Positions 40,686-50,810 of a stretch of 64,000 bases of DNA are shown one piece after another. The stretch spans positions 37,244 through 101,243 of the forward strand of contig CACMJW010000002.1 in NCBI GenBank assembly GCA_902614125.1. The letters are read 5' to 3'. The DNA is from an uncultured Pelagibacteraceae bacterium. Its GTDB lineage: Bacteria; Pseudomonadota; Alphaproteobacteria; Pelagibacterales; Pelagibacteraceae. Numbering within the stretch: the stretch's first letter is position 1; each line of letters begins with the position of its first letter. The notes beneath the pieces were generated by a model. The model was not told the DNA's origin and ran no database searches. It saw only the letters and a program-made list of their open reading frames with translations. The translations under genes and the position numbers were made by a program.

Positions 40686-41964
40686 AAAATCCGTATTTTC
40701 TTAATCTTACATCGCCGGTTCGTGCATGAGCTTCCATACCTTCATATCTAGAAATTCTTGCTGCAGCAGCACCCACAAGTTTTGTTGAGTCTTTTGTCAT
40801 TCTTTGGAAGCTTAATGTTTTTATAAATTTTCCAACGAATAATCCCCCTGTATATTTACCTGCTCCTTTAGTTGGTAAAATATGATTTGTTCCAGAACAT
40901 TTGTCTCCATAAGCTACCGTTGTTTCTTCACCAACAAATAGAGATCCATAATTCGTTAGTCTGTCATGGAACCATTTTAAATTTTTTGTTTGAACCTCAA
41001 GATGCTCTGGAGCATATTCATCACTTATCTTAACCATTTCATCGTCAGTATCGCAAAGAATTACCTCACCATAATCTTTCCATGCAGCCTCCGCACTAGT
41101 TCTTGGTAATTCAGGTAATTCTGAAATTAATTCAGGAACTCTTTTCATCACTTTTTCAGCAAGCTCTTTACTTGTTGTGTATAACCAACAAGGAGAGTTA
41201 TAACCATGTTCAGCTTGCCCAACTAAATCTACTGCAACTATCTCAGGATCAGCAGATTCATCTGCAATAATTCCAATTTCTGTGGGACCAGCAAATAAAT
41301 CTATTCCAACCCTTCCAAATAAAATTCTTTTTGCTTCAGCTACAAACTGATTACCTGGACCAACTAAAATATCTGCTGGAGCATTACCAAATAAACCATA
41401 TGTCATTGCAGCGATTGCAGGAACTCCACCTAAATTTAAAATAACATCTGCACCACACAAATCAGCAGTATATATAATAGTGGGGTGGGCACCCACTTCA
41501 GCTTTTGGTGGACTACAAGCAATTACGTTTTTTACTCCAGCAACTTTTGCAGTCGTCACACTCATAACTGCCGAAGCTATATGAGCATATCTTCCACCTG
41601 GAATATAACAACCCGCAGTATTAACAGGAACTAATTTTTGTCCAGCATACAAACCATCAGATAATTCAACTTCGAAATCTTTTCCATAGTTTTTAAGTTG
41701 AGCCTCAGCAAATTTTCTCACTCTTTCATAAGAAAATTTAATATCATCTTTTGTTTTTTGATCTAAATTTTTTTTTATTTCCTCAATTTTATCTTTGGAT
41801 ACAATTATTTCACCCTCATACTTGTCAAATTTTTTTGTTAATTCTTTACAACCTTCCTCTTTAGATTTCTCTAGGTCATTAAGTAAATTTTGAACTATAC
41901 CCCTTGTTTTATTATCGTCAGTTGAGGATGTTTTAGGAGATTTTTTAAGGTATGTAATTGTCAT
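40678..41964 (-). CDS. hpsN: Sulfopropanediol (DHPS) 3-dehydrogenase HpsN, a HisD paralog
   Basis: MTITYLKK start; PGGRYAHIASA; QAEHGYNSP; YGDK..GTNH; EGMEAHAR..DVRL; matches the HpsN clade rather than HisD as recalled. Confidence 0.8.
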   Translation of the reverse strand: MTITYLKKSPKTSSTDDNKTRGIVQNLLNDLEKSKEEGCKELTKKFDKYEGEIIVSKDKIEEIKKNLDQKTKDDIKFSYERVRKFAEAQLKNYGKDFEVELSDGLYAGQKLVPVNTAGCYIPGGRYAHIASAVMSVTTAKVAGVKNVIACSPPKAEVGAHPTIIYTADLCGADVILNLGGVPAIAAMTYGLFGNAPADILVGPGNQFVAEAKRILFGRVGIDLFAGPTEIGIIADESADPEIVAVDLVGQAEHGYNSPCWLYTTSKELAEKVMKRVPELISELPELPRTSAEAAWKDYGEVILCDTDDEMVKISDEYAPEHLEVQTKNLKWFHDRLTNYGSLFVGEETTVAYGDKCSGTNHILPTKGAGKYTGGLFVGKFIKTLSFQRMTKDSTKLVGAAAARISRYEGMEAHARTGDVRLRKYGFSN

Positions 41965-42046
41965 TGATGAGTATTTTGATCAAGTTATTTAATGTATTAA
42001 AATACTCATTTCAACAAAGATATTTTTTATTAATTCTCTTGATAAT

Positions 42047-42958
42047 TTAATCTAACGCAACTACAGCAGCAGCTATTGAGGCTAATCTAGCTGTTGCATC
42101 GTCTGATCTACTTGTAATTACAACTGGAACTTTACCTCCAACTACGACACCTGCTGCACAGGCTCCCATAAAATAAATCATCATTTTTACAAGCGCATTT
42201 CCAGTCTCAACATTAGGAACTAGCAAAACATCTGCATCTCCAGCAACAATATTTTTTATACCTTTAATACCAGCTGACTTTTTAGATATACTATTATCAA
42301 AAGCCAAAGGACCAAAAATGTCAGCATTAAAACCCTCTTTTTCAGCTAAATTTGTAATCTCTTTTGCATCAAGAGAACTTTGCATACTATCCAATACTTC
42401 TTCAGTTGCTGATAAAATTGATATCTTTGGTTTTGGAATATTTATACGATGACAAAAATCTATTACATTTCTTAAAATGTGCATTTTAGTTTTAACATTT
42501 GGATTAACATTTAATGCTCCATCTGTAATTATAAGTGGCTTATCATCTTTTTCTAATGTCATGTGCCATATATGGCTAAGCCTTTTTTTGCCTAACAAAC
42601 CATGTTCTCGTTTTAAAACTTCTTTCATCAAAACATCTGTATGAATATGTCCTTTAACAATTATTTTAATTTTATCTTCTGAGGCAAGTTTCGCTGCAAT
42701 CTTTGCAGTATTATTTTCTACTGGTTCGTCTATTATTTCGTATTCAGATATATCAAACTTTATATCATCTGAAGTTTTTTTAATTTCAGATTCGTTACCA
42801 ATTAAAACTGGTACAATCAGTTTTTCTTTTACCGCATCCATTACTGAAATCATCGGCAGTGTCTTTCCAGCATTTGCTATTGCAACTTTAATACCCTTTT
42901 TTTGATGAGCAAGGTCTAATAGATTATTTGGACATACTGTTGATTTATCTGAAAGCAT
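42047..42958 (-). CDS. pta: Phosphate acetyl/butyryltransferase
   Basis: VKGHIHT; TDGALN; GPLAFDN; GNALVK; TSRSD. Confidence 0.88.
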   Translation of the reverse strand: MLSDKSTVCPNNLLDLAHQKKGIKVAIANAGKTLPMISVMDAVKEKLIVPVLIGNESEIKKTSDDIKFDISEYEIIDEPVENNTAKIAAKLASEDKIKIIVKGHIHTDVLMKEVLKREHGLLGKKRLSHIWHMTLEKDDKPLIITDGALNVNPNVKTKMHILRNVIDFCHRINIPKPKISILSATEEVLDSMQSSLDAKEITNLAEKEGFNADIFGPLAFDNSISKKSAGIKGIKNIVAGDADVLLVPNVETGNALVKMMIYFMGACAAGVVVGGKVPVVITSRSDDATARLASIAAAVVALD

Positions 42959-43023
42959 CTAAAATCTTATATCAAAATTAAAAAAAACTAACATATCATT
43001 TATTTTTTGATAATGTCAGAAAT

Positions 43024-43872
43024 ATGGAAGTTGTAACAAAAATTGCTCCAATTGCTTTGGCATTAATTATGTTAACGTTGGGCTTAGGGCTTACAACGAG
43101 TGATTTTACAAGAGTAATTAAACGACCAAAAGATTTTTTAATTGGATTGATTTGCCAAGTAATTTTACTTCCTATAATTGCTTTTGTTTTAATCAAAATT
43201 TTAAATGTTCAATCAGCATTAGCTCTAGGAGTAATGATAATCGCTGCTGCACCAGGAGGTGTTACATCTAATATTCTTACAAAATTTGCAAATGGTGATG
43301 TCGCTCTTTCTGTTTCATTGACAGCAATAATAAGTTTACTAAGTATTTTAACTGTTCCATTCATTGTCATTAAATCTGCTGACCTACTTGATATAAATTA
43401 CCTATCTAAGGAAATTTCAATGAGCGGGATATCAATCAAAATGTTTTTGGTAGTAACATTACCTGTAGTAATTGGCATGTTAATTAGGAAGTTTGCGCAA
43501 AATTTTATACTTAATAGGACAGCTTTAATTGAAAAAATTTCATTAACTCTTTTTATGATAGTTTTTATATCAATTTGGTTAGAGGAATGGGACAATATAA
43601 TTATGTATATATCAAGAGCTGGTGTAATAACTCTAATATTAAATGTAACAATGATGGTTTTAGGTTTTTATGTTGCTAAAATTTTTACAAGTGGCATTGA
43701 ACAAAGAAAATGTATTTCACTAGAATGTGGACTTCAAAATGGAACATTAGCAGTATTTGTATCTACTCAAATATTCGATGACATAATTTATTTGATACCA
43801 ACTGCTTCATATGCTTTGATCATGTTTGTCACATCTATAATATTTGTGCTTCTATTAAAAAAGATAAATTAG
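43024..43872 (+). CDS. Bile acid:sodium symporter family transporter
   Basis: APGGVTSN; GDVALSV; ECGLQN. Confidence 0.92.
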   Translation: MEVVTKIAPIALALIMLTLGLGLTTSDFTRVIKRPKDFLIGLICQVILLPIIAFVLIKILNVQSALALGVMIIAAAPGGVTSNILTKFANGDVALSVSLTAIISLLSILTVPFIVIKSADLLDINYLSKEISMSGISIKMFLVVTLPVVIGMLIRKFAQNFILNRTALIEKISLTLFMIVFISIWLEEWDNIIMYISRAGVITLILNVTMMVLGFYVAKIFTSGIEQRKCISLECGLQNGTLAVFVSTQIFDDIIYLIPTASYALIMFVTSIIFVLLLKKIN

Positions 43873-43945
43873 GATCAAAATAATAGATTGCGACCCAAAA
43901 TGAACAGAGGGATTTAAAAAAAACCTAATTTGGTGATGTCATAGA

Positions 43946-43975
43946 TTGAGTACTTCTTAACTTTCAGACTATAAT
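43946..43975 (+). promoter_or_regulatory. Sigma70-like promoter for the 43994 ORF
   Basis: TTGAGT-N18-TATAAT, ending 19 nt before the ATG. Confidence 0.5.
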
Positions 43976-43993
43976 CAATTTATATAAAATAAG

Positions 43994-44272
43994 ATGAGTA
44001 CTGAGACTTTAACAAAATTAAATCCGAAAATTTTAATTAATTCAAAATTTGACCCCAATGGATCAGATGCAAACGTATCTGATCCAAAAACATTAAATGC
44101 TGAACTAAATAAAGTTGAATTAAGTAATAATAAAAAAAGCAAACATAAGACTTGTATAAATAAACTGAATAACAGACTTAAAATTCAAGAAAAAAATAAA
44201 AAAATCGAAAATAGGGTTTTGACTGGTTTATTTCTAAGTGTTGTTGCTGTTTTATTTTTTGTAGCAACTTAA
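43994..44272 (+). CDS. Hypothetical protein with C-terminal membrane anchor
   Basis: 92-aa ORF; hydrophobic C-terminal tail; promoter-like motif upstream. Confidence 0.6.
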   Translation: MSTETLTKLNPKILINSKFDPNGSDANVSDPKTLNAELNKVELSNNKKSKHKTCINKLNNRLKIQEKNKKIENRVLTGLFLSVVAVLFFVAT

Positions 44273-45282
44273 TTCAATAGTTTTTCAATATCTTTTTTAA
44301 TATCATCAGTAATTTTAATCTCTTTATTAAAATTTTTTTTATATCTGTTAAACTTATTTTGTCCTGGATACATAATTTCTTTTATATTTTTGAGTTTCGG
44401 GAGTTTTTTAACTCTTCTGATATTTTCTTTAATTCTTGAGTTAAAATTTTTAACAAATAAATTTGACTTCATGACAATAAATAAATGACCAATGTTTTGA
44501 GGACCTGAAAAATCATCAAATGGATCTTTGACTTTTCCTCCATGATTTCCTCCAGTGAAAACACCACTTAAAATATCAACCATCCAAGCTAAACCTGATC
44601 CTCTAAATCCAGCAATAGGCAACTGCACACCTTTTAGAGCTTTAGCTGCATCTGTGGTTGGTCTTCCATATTTATCTAATGCAACTCCTTTTGGTATTTT
44701 AGTTCCAGTTCTTGCTGCAACTCTTATTTTACCTCTATTTATCATTGATACAGATGTATCTAAAATAAAAGGAACTTTTGAAGAGGTAGGTGTTCCGAAA
44801 CAAATTGGATTTGTTCCAAACAAAGTTTTTAATGCACCATGAGGAGCTATAGCGGGAGGAGCATTAGTAAAAATTAATGTTAATAAATTTTTTTTAACTG
44901 CTTGTTCTGCGTAGTATCCTGATAAACCATAATGACCACTTTTTTTTATACCAACCAAACCTAATCCTGTTTTTTTGGCGCTCTCAATTGCTTTTTTAAT
45001 TCCAATATCAGCAGCCACAAAACCAATACTGTCATCAGCATCGATTTGCATTATTGATTGAGATATTTTTTTAAATTTAAACTTTGGCTTTGGATTAATT
45101 AATTTTTTACTTATTCTATCACAATACATTTTTAACCTAGATACACCATGACCAGTGGCGCCAACTAACTCTGCATTAACTAGTGCATCAGAACAAATCT
45201 TTGCATGTGCTTTGCTTAATTTATATTTTAGAAATACTTTAGTCAGTAATTTTTTTAACTTTTCTTTTTTTATTAAAACCAT
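44269..45282 (-). CDS. Type 2 malate/L-lactate dehydrogenase family (ComC/AllD-like; possible sulfolactate dehydrogenase)
   Basis: GHGVSRL; SGHYG; GTNP; RGSGL; MYPG. Confidence 0.88.
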   Translation of the reverse strand: MVLIKKEKLKKLLTKVFLKYKLSKAHAKICSDALVNAELVGATGHGVSRLKMYCDRISKKLINPKPKFKFKKISQSIMQIDADDSIGFVAADIGIKKAIESAKKTGLGLVGIKKSGHYGLSGYYAEQAVKKNLLTLIFTNAPPAIAPHGALKTLFGTNPICFGTPTSSKVPFILDTSVSMINRGKIRVAARTGTKIPKGVALDKYGRPTTDAAKALKGVQLPIAGFRGSGLAWMVDILSGVFTGGNHGGKVKDPFDDFSGPQNIGHLFIVMKSNLFVKNFNSRIKENIRRVKKLPKLKNIKEIMYPGQNKFNRYKKNFNKEIKITDDIKKDIEKLLN

Positions 45283-45497
45283 CTAAACATTCCAATGATA
45301 CCAGCTGTGGCATAAAAAATTTGAAGTAGTAAAATCCCTCTATGATTTCCTAAATACGCCCACAAACCAATTAAAATTGCAGAAATTAATAATAATGCAA
45401 AACCTAAAAATTCCGCACCAATGTTTAAGGCAACTAGTAGTGAATAAACAATAGCAGTTATAACGCCTGTCCACTCTAATATTTTATTTTTTTTCAT
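45273..45497 (-). CDS. Small membrane protein (3 TM)
   Basis: Hydrophobic 74-aa ORF co-oriented between tauC and the Ldh2 gene. Confidence 0.7.
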   Translation of the reverse strand: MKKNKILEWTGVITAIVYSLLVALNIGAEFLGFALLLISAILIGLWAYLGNHRGILLLQIFYATAGIIGMFRWF

Positions 45498-45515
45498 TAA
45501 GTTTATGATTTGAAA

Positions 45516-47441
45516 TTAGCCTTTACCTCTCCAAGGTATAGTTTTATCGATAATTTTTCTTAGAGTAATATCAAACAAAAGACCTAACATTCCCATTATA
45601 AATATTGTTATCCAAATTACCTCATACTGAAAGTACTTTTTAGCAACGTTTTCAACAAAACCAATACCTGTTGTGCCAGCTAAAAACTCTGCAGCTACTA
45701 AAGTACCCCAACACATACCAACAGCAACTCTTATACCGGTTAATATTTCAGGAAGAGAATTAGGGAAAATAACATGTCTTAAAATTTGTTTTTTAGAAGC
45801 ACCCAAAGAGTGTGCTGCATGAATTTTTGATAACTGAGTACCTGATGCTCCAGCTCTAGCTGATATTATCATTATAGATAATGAAACCATAAATAATAGA
45901 AAAACTTTACCAGTATTATCAATTCCCAAAACTGAAATTATCAAAGGTGCCCAGGCTAAAGGAGGTACAGGTCTATATAATTCAATTAAGGGATCAAAAA
46001 ATCCTTTAGCAAATCTGTTTAGTCCCATAAACAAACCTAAAGGCACTCCTATTATAATTCCAAAAACTAATCCTAAAAATACTCTTAAAAAAGAGTCCCA
46101 AATATGTCCATACGGAACTGGAACTTTAAATAATTTAAAATCACCTGTTACTAGTTTTAATACTTTACTTTTAAAATTTTCCTTTACAATTCCATCTTTA
46201 GTGTGAACTGGATACTCTCCAGGTAAAACATCTGCAATCCAATCTGGTAAGATAAAACCAACCATAGAACTGACATCAACCATTTCAATCCAAAGCAATG
46301 GAATATTTTTATATCCAACACTTGGTTTAGACATAAGAATAAATTTGTTAAAGGTATCAGATGGCTTAGGTAGCCATCTACCTGAACCTTGTTCAGAGCA
46401 ACTTGGACCACTCGCAACTATTGTTCCTGCAGGAAATAAAAGTATGTCAATTAATCTTAATCCACCTTGTTCAGATTTTTGAAGATTGTCAAATTCAATT
46501 ATTGCATCTTTCATCGCATTAAGAGCTGTTGGAGGATAGATGCTAGCAAATTCTATTCTTCTTGCTATTTTTACAATATTTTTTGCATATGTTGATGCTA
46601 TTTCCTCACTATCATCTAAACTTTTCCTGTACGCTTTGATTTCATTTTTTAATTCTTTTATTGAAGTTTTAAAATATGAGTTATGATTTCTTAACTTAAA
46701 AAATTTGTCACTTATCACTTTAAGTTCTGCTGCTGCAGCATGAAATTTTAAACCTCTATTTGTTCCTGGAACTAATGGAACTTCAAGTGTATTTTCTATA
46801 GAGCCAGTTCCAGTTCTAACAGTAGTAATACCCCATCCACCTTGTTCCGATACAGCTTTAAGTCTCTCATTTTTTTCTTCCGCAGTTTCAAATGGATAAT
46901 CTTTTTTTTTAAAATTTGAGCTCAAAATTTTAATTTCCTCAGTCATTTCTTTAATCTTAATTTTTGTATCCATTTCCATTAAATTATTATTTGTAAGCAA
47001 AGGAATGAGCTGGGTTGTTTTATCAATAAAACTAATTAATATCTTTTTTTGCTGATTATTTAGATCATTTGAATTTTGAATTTCATTGGCTGTATTTTTT
47101 AGATTTTTATTTTCGATTTTAATAATTGAAGTACTTTTGAACTCTCTTTCCTCAATGGGAAATTGATATTTTAAACCCATCAATGACTCGTTTATTTTTG
47201 CCACTTGGCATAACTCATTTGCAGATTTTGGATAAAACCCTTTTGCTATATCCCAGGAATAATACAACCAGACTAATAAGATTGCGCTACTACCTACAAC
47301 AATCCAATGTGTGCCACCTTTTGCTCTTTCTGGGTTTCCAAAAACTGCATCAACTTTTTCAGTTTTTATTAATCTTCTTCCGTAAAGAATACATCCAATT
47401 ATCGCTACAAATATTAGTATTGTTGCAAATTGGGTTAACAT
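45516..47441 (-). CDS. tauC: Taurine-type ABC permease TauC with a large N-terminal extension
   Basis: C-terminal SFLRV..RPVPPLAW..AAHSLGA..LVAAE; about 430-aa N-terminal extension. Confidence 0.85.
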   Translation of the reverse strand: MLTQFATILIFVAIIGCILYGRRLIKTEKVDAVFGNPERAKGGTHWIVVGSSAILLVWLYYSWDIAKGFYPKSANELCQVAKINESLMGLKYQFPIEEREFKSTSIIKIENKNLKNTANEIQNSNDLNNQQKKILISFIDKTTQLIPLLTNNNLMEMDTKIKIKEMTEEIKILSSNFKKKDYPFETAEEKNERLKAVSEQGGWGITTVRTGTGSIENTLEVPLVPGTNRGLKFHAAAAELKVISDKFFKLRNHNSYFKTSIKELKNEIKAYRKSLDDSEEIASTYAKNIVKIARRIEFASIYPPTALNAMKDAIIEFDNLQKSEQGGLRLIDILLFPAGTIVASGPSCSEQGSGRWLPKPSDTFNKFILMSKPSVGYKNIPLLWIEMVDVSSMVGFILPDWIADVLPGEYPVHTKDGIVKENFKSKVLKLVTGDFKLFKVPVPYGHIWDSFLRVFLGLVFGIIIGVPLGLFMGLNRFAKGFFDPLIELYRPVPPLAWAPLIISVLGIDNTGKVFLLFMVSLSIMIISARAGASGTQLSKIHAAHSLGASKKQILRHVIFPNSLPEILTGIRVAVGMCWGTLVAAEFLAGTTGIGFVENVAKKYFQYEVIWITIFIMGMLGLLFDITLRKIIDKTIPWRGKG

Positions 47442-48239
47442 TTAATTATCTTTCCCCATAATTTCTTCTTCCATATCCCAAATCATAGATAGGATTTCTT
47501 CTCTTTTAGATGAAAAATCTTTATTTTTTTTAATTTCCCTTAAGTCTTCTCTTAAGCCCATCTCTGCAAAAGGAAGATTGTACTCTTTGTGTATTCTTCC
47601 TGGTCTTGGTGCCATTACATAAAGTCTTTCACCAAGTAATAAAGCCTCTTCAACCGAGTGAGTAATTAAGATAATTGTTTTTCCCGTTTCTTTCCAAATC
47701 TTTAAAACTAAAGACTGCATTTTTTCTCGAGTTAATGCATCTAAAGCGCCTAATGGCTCATCCATTAAAATTAAATCAGGATCATTTATTAAACATCTTG
47801 CTAAAGCAACTCTTTGCTGCATTCCACCTGATAGCTGATAGGTAGGAGTATTTCCAAATCCTTTTAGACCAACTATATCAAGCCATTCGTCAACTTTTTC
47901 TGCAGTAATTTTTGGGTCTTCTTTTTTCATTCTTAAACCAAAGTTCACATTCTCTGCAACTGTTAACCATTCGAATAATGCACCTTGTTGAAAAACCATA
48001 CCTCTTTCAACACCAGGTCCATCTATTTCATTATTATTTAAAGTTATTTTTCCTGAGGTTGGTCTTAAAAATCCAGCGGTAATATTTAATAAAGTTGTTT
48101 TTCCACAACCAGATGGGCCTAAAACAGTAAGAAGTTCTCCTTTTTTTAGAGTAAAACTTACATCCTTTAATGCATGAACAGTTTCTCCTTTTGGAGTTTT
48201 AAAAATCATATTGAGATTTTCAGAAACTAAATCACTCAT
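47442..48239 (-). CDS. tauB: Taurine ABC transporter ATP-binding protein
   Basis: GPSGCGKTT; LSGGMQQR; ALDALTRE. Confidence 0.9.
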   Translation of the reverse strand: MSDLVSENLNMIFKTPKGETVHALKDVSFTLKKGELLTVLGPSGCGKTTLLNITAGFLRPTSGKITLNNNEIDGPGVERGMVFQQGALFEWLTVAENVNFGLRMKKEDPKITAEKVDEWLDIVGLKGFGNTPTYQLSGGMQQRVALARCLINDPDLILMDEPLGALDALTREKMQSLVLKIWKETGKTIILITHSVEEALLLGERLYVMAPRPGRIHKEYNLPFAEMGLREDLREIKKNKDFSSKREEILSMIWDMEEEIMGKDN

Positions 48240-48273
48240 TAAATGGCTTTATATTAGAATTTTTATCAAAAAA

Positions 48274-48304
48274 ATAGGCACCAATTAAAAAATTGGCGCC
48301 TATT
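48274..48304 (-). terminator. Intrinsic terminator/attenuator hairpin after tauA
   Basis: Minus strand AATAGGCGCCAATT-TTT-AATTGGTGCCTATT followed by a T-run. Confidence 0.75.
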
Positions 48305-48323
48305 AAATTTTTTCCCTAAAAAA

Positions 48324-49265
48324 TTATAAAGGTAAGAAACTTGTATCTACTGCTCCGTCTGGTGTTCCCATACCTTTTAAGAAGGCATCAAGATTACCAC
48401 TTTCCATAGATTGTTTAGTTTCTTCTGGAGTTAAAAATTTGAAACCATCTAAAGTTTCTTTCATGTCTGCAACTTTCATCTCAGATGCCTTTGACATAGA
48501 ATTCATATCGCTTTTACCAGCTCTATATCTATCATTAGCTTCATGAGTTACTTCGATGAATGTTCTTAACATTCCAGGGTTCTCTTTCATAAACTTATCT
48601 GTCACTGATGTGATATCTATTCCTAAAATACCAGCATCTCTTGCTTCTTGAACAGTTAAAAGTCTTGATCCAACTGCAGTTGCAGCCTTAATTGAGTTAC
48701 CACCAAATAAACATGCCATTACAACATCACCACTTACTAAAGCAGCAGCACCTTCTTCTGGGTCCATTTGAATGATATCCATTTTACCTCTGTCAGCTCC
48801 AACAACTTTCATACTTTCATCAAAAACATATTCAGCCATTGTTCCAAGTGGAACAGCAACTTTTTTGCCTTCTAGTTCTGTTGCATTTGCTTTTGTAATA
48901 CCTGAAGCGTTCGATGTTACACATGTAGTTCCACCCATTCCATACTCCATTGCAATATCAACAAGCTTAATTGGAGCTTTTGATTTTACAGCATTGATGA
49001 AAGGAACTAATCCCTGTGAATAAGAAATATCAATATCTCCAGCTAACATTGCATCAGTCATTGCACCACCGTTAGTGAAGTTTGTCCATTTAACTGGCAC
49101 TCCAAGAGCTTTTGCAAAATTCTTTTTCTGCATGTCTTCTAAATTAGGACTTGGCCATTCTAAAAAGTATGCAACTCTAACAACATTAGCTGCTGAATTA
49201 GCGGCAGTAATTGTAAGGTTTAGAGCAAAAATACTTCCTAAAATAAAACTAATTATTTTTTTCAT
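48324..49265 (-). CDS. tauA: Taurine ABC transporter substrate-binding protein
   Basis: Signal peptide from MKKII (AGGAG RBS; start re-called at 49265); YFLEWP; SQGLVPF; LEGKKVAVP. Confidence 0.88.
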   Translation of the reverse strand: MKKIISFILGSIFALNLTITAANSAANVVRVAYFLEWPSPNLEDMQKKNFAKALGVPVKWTNFTNGGAMTDAMLAGDIDISYSQGLVPFINAVKSKAPIKLVDIAMEYGMGGTTCVTSNASGITKANATELEGKKVAVPLGTMAEYVFDESMKVVGADRGKMDIIQMDPEEGAAALVSGDVVMACLFGGNSIKAATAVGSRLLTVQEARDAGILGIDITSVTDKFMKENPGMLRTFIEVTHEANDRYRAGKSDMNSMSKASEMKVADMKETLDGFKFLTPEETKQSMESGNLDAFLKGMGTPDGAVDTSFLPL

Positions 49266-49457
49266 TATTTCTCCTGTAATTAAATTTAATTTACGCGGCA
49301 TATTTAAGTTCATTATAAGATTGATGTAAATGATGAATTATGCGTAAGGGGTGACATTAAAAACTTAGACAACTTTGAGTTGTATGGTATATTTATTTTC
49401 TGTCCAATCAAAATGAATTAGTCTAAGAGGATAAAAACTTACTTTTTTAAAAATTTT

Positions 49458-50801
49458 ATGAGTTCAGAAAAACCAAATATTCCAAATTCTTTAAATGAAC
49501 ATTGGATGCCATTTACATCCAATAAAGATTTTAAAGAAAACCCAAGATTAATAGTTGAAGCAAAAGGAGTTTATTTAAAAAATCATCATGGAAAAACTCA
49601 AATTGATGCAAGCTCTGGATTATTTTGCAATCCTTTAGGTCATGGGAGACAAGAAATTATTGATGCAATAACTAAACAATTAAAAACTGTTGATTATGCT
49701 CAACCATTCCAACAAGGTTTTGGAGGTTCATTTGAACTTGCAACAAGAATTGCAAAACATACCCCAGGAAATTTAAATAGAATTTTTTATACGATTTGTG
49801 GATCAACTGCAGTTGAAACGGCAATTAAAATTGCAATAGCGTATCATAAATCTAGAGGAGAAGGTAATCGTTTTAGATTTGTCGGTAGAGAAAGAGGTTA
49901 CCACGGGATGAATATTGGAGCGACATCTGTTGGTGGCATGATCAATAACGTTAAAACATTTGCAAGCGTATTAATGCCAGGTGTTGTTCATATGAGGCAT
50001 ACACATTTACCAGAACATAAATTTATTTCAGGTCAGCCTGAAACAGGTGCAGAATTAGCAGATGATTTAGAAAGAATTTGTACAAACTTTGGAGGAGAAA
50101 ATATTGCAGCATGTATTGTAGAACCAATTGCAGGATCAACTGGAACTTTAGTTCCACCAAAAGGATATTTACAAAGACTAAGAGAAATTTGCGATAAGCA
50201 TGGTATAATTTTAATTTTTGACGAGGTTATTACAGGGTGGGGAAGAACAGGCTCTCCATTTGCATCTCAAGAGTACGGTGTAACACCAGATATAATCACA
50301 ATGGCAAAAGCAACTACGAACGGTATATCGCCATTGGGTGCAGTTGCATGTAAAGAGGAAATTTACGATTCAATAATGGACGGCGCACCCAAAGGAACAA
50401 TAGAATTATTCCATGGATACACATACTCAGGAATACCAATCTCTGTTGCAGCAGGTTTAGCAGTTCAAGATATATTTGAAAAAGAGGATATATTTAATAG
50501 AGCAAAAGAAATGAGTCCCTATTTCCAAGAAGGCTTAATGTCTCTTAAAGATTTAGAAGCAGTAGATAATATAAGAGGCTATGGAATGATGGGCGGTATA
50601 GACATGAAAATGCATAAAAAGCCTGGAGCCGCTGGATTTACATGTTTTAAACATTGTTATGAAGCAGGAGTTAATTTTAAAGCAACAGGAGACTGTTTAA
50701 TTATAGCTCCTATGTTTATTTGTGAAAAAAAACATATAGATGAAATTATCGAAAAACTAAGAACTGGAATTTCAAACTACGCAAAAAGCAAAAAAAATTA
50801 A
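49458..50801 (+). CDS. Class III omega-amino acid:pyruvate aminotransferase (probable taurine transaminase)
   Basis: HWMPFT; GYHG; IVEPIAGS; FDEVITG; TMAK; HGYTYSG; divergent from tauA, upstream of ald. Confidence 0.88.
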   Translation: MSSEKPNIPNSLNEHWMPFTSNKDFKENPRLIVEAKGVYLKNHHGKTQIDASSGLFCNPLGHGRQEIIDAITKQLKTVDYAQPFQQGFGGSFELATRIAKHTPGNLNRIFYTICGSTAVETAIKIAIAYHKSRGEGNRFRFVGRERGYHGMNIGATSVGGMINNVKTFASVLMPGVVHMRHTHLPEHKFISGQPETGAELADDLERICTNFGGENIAACIVEPIAGSTGTLVPPKGYLQRLREICDKHGIILIFDEVITGWGRTGSPFASQEYGVTPDIITMAKATTNGISPLGAVACKEEIYDSIMDGAPKGTIELFHGYTYSGIPISVAAGLAVQDIFEKEDIFNRAKEMSPYFQEGLMSLKDLEAVDNIRGYGMMGGIDMKMHKKPGAAGFTCFKHCYEAGVNFKATGDCLIIAPMFICEKKHIDEIIEKLRTGISNYAKSKKN

Positions 50802-50810
50802 TTCCAATTT

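Noticed and set aside
40678-41964. Annotation as hisD
   Set aside because: Not in a his operon, and carries HpsN-type motifs (GRYAHIASA, QAEHGYNSP, YGDK) in a sulfonate neighbourhood.
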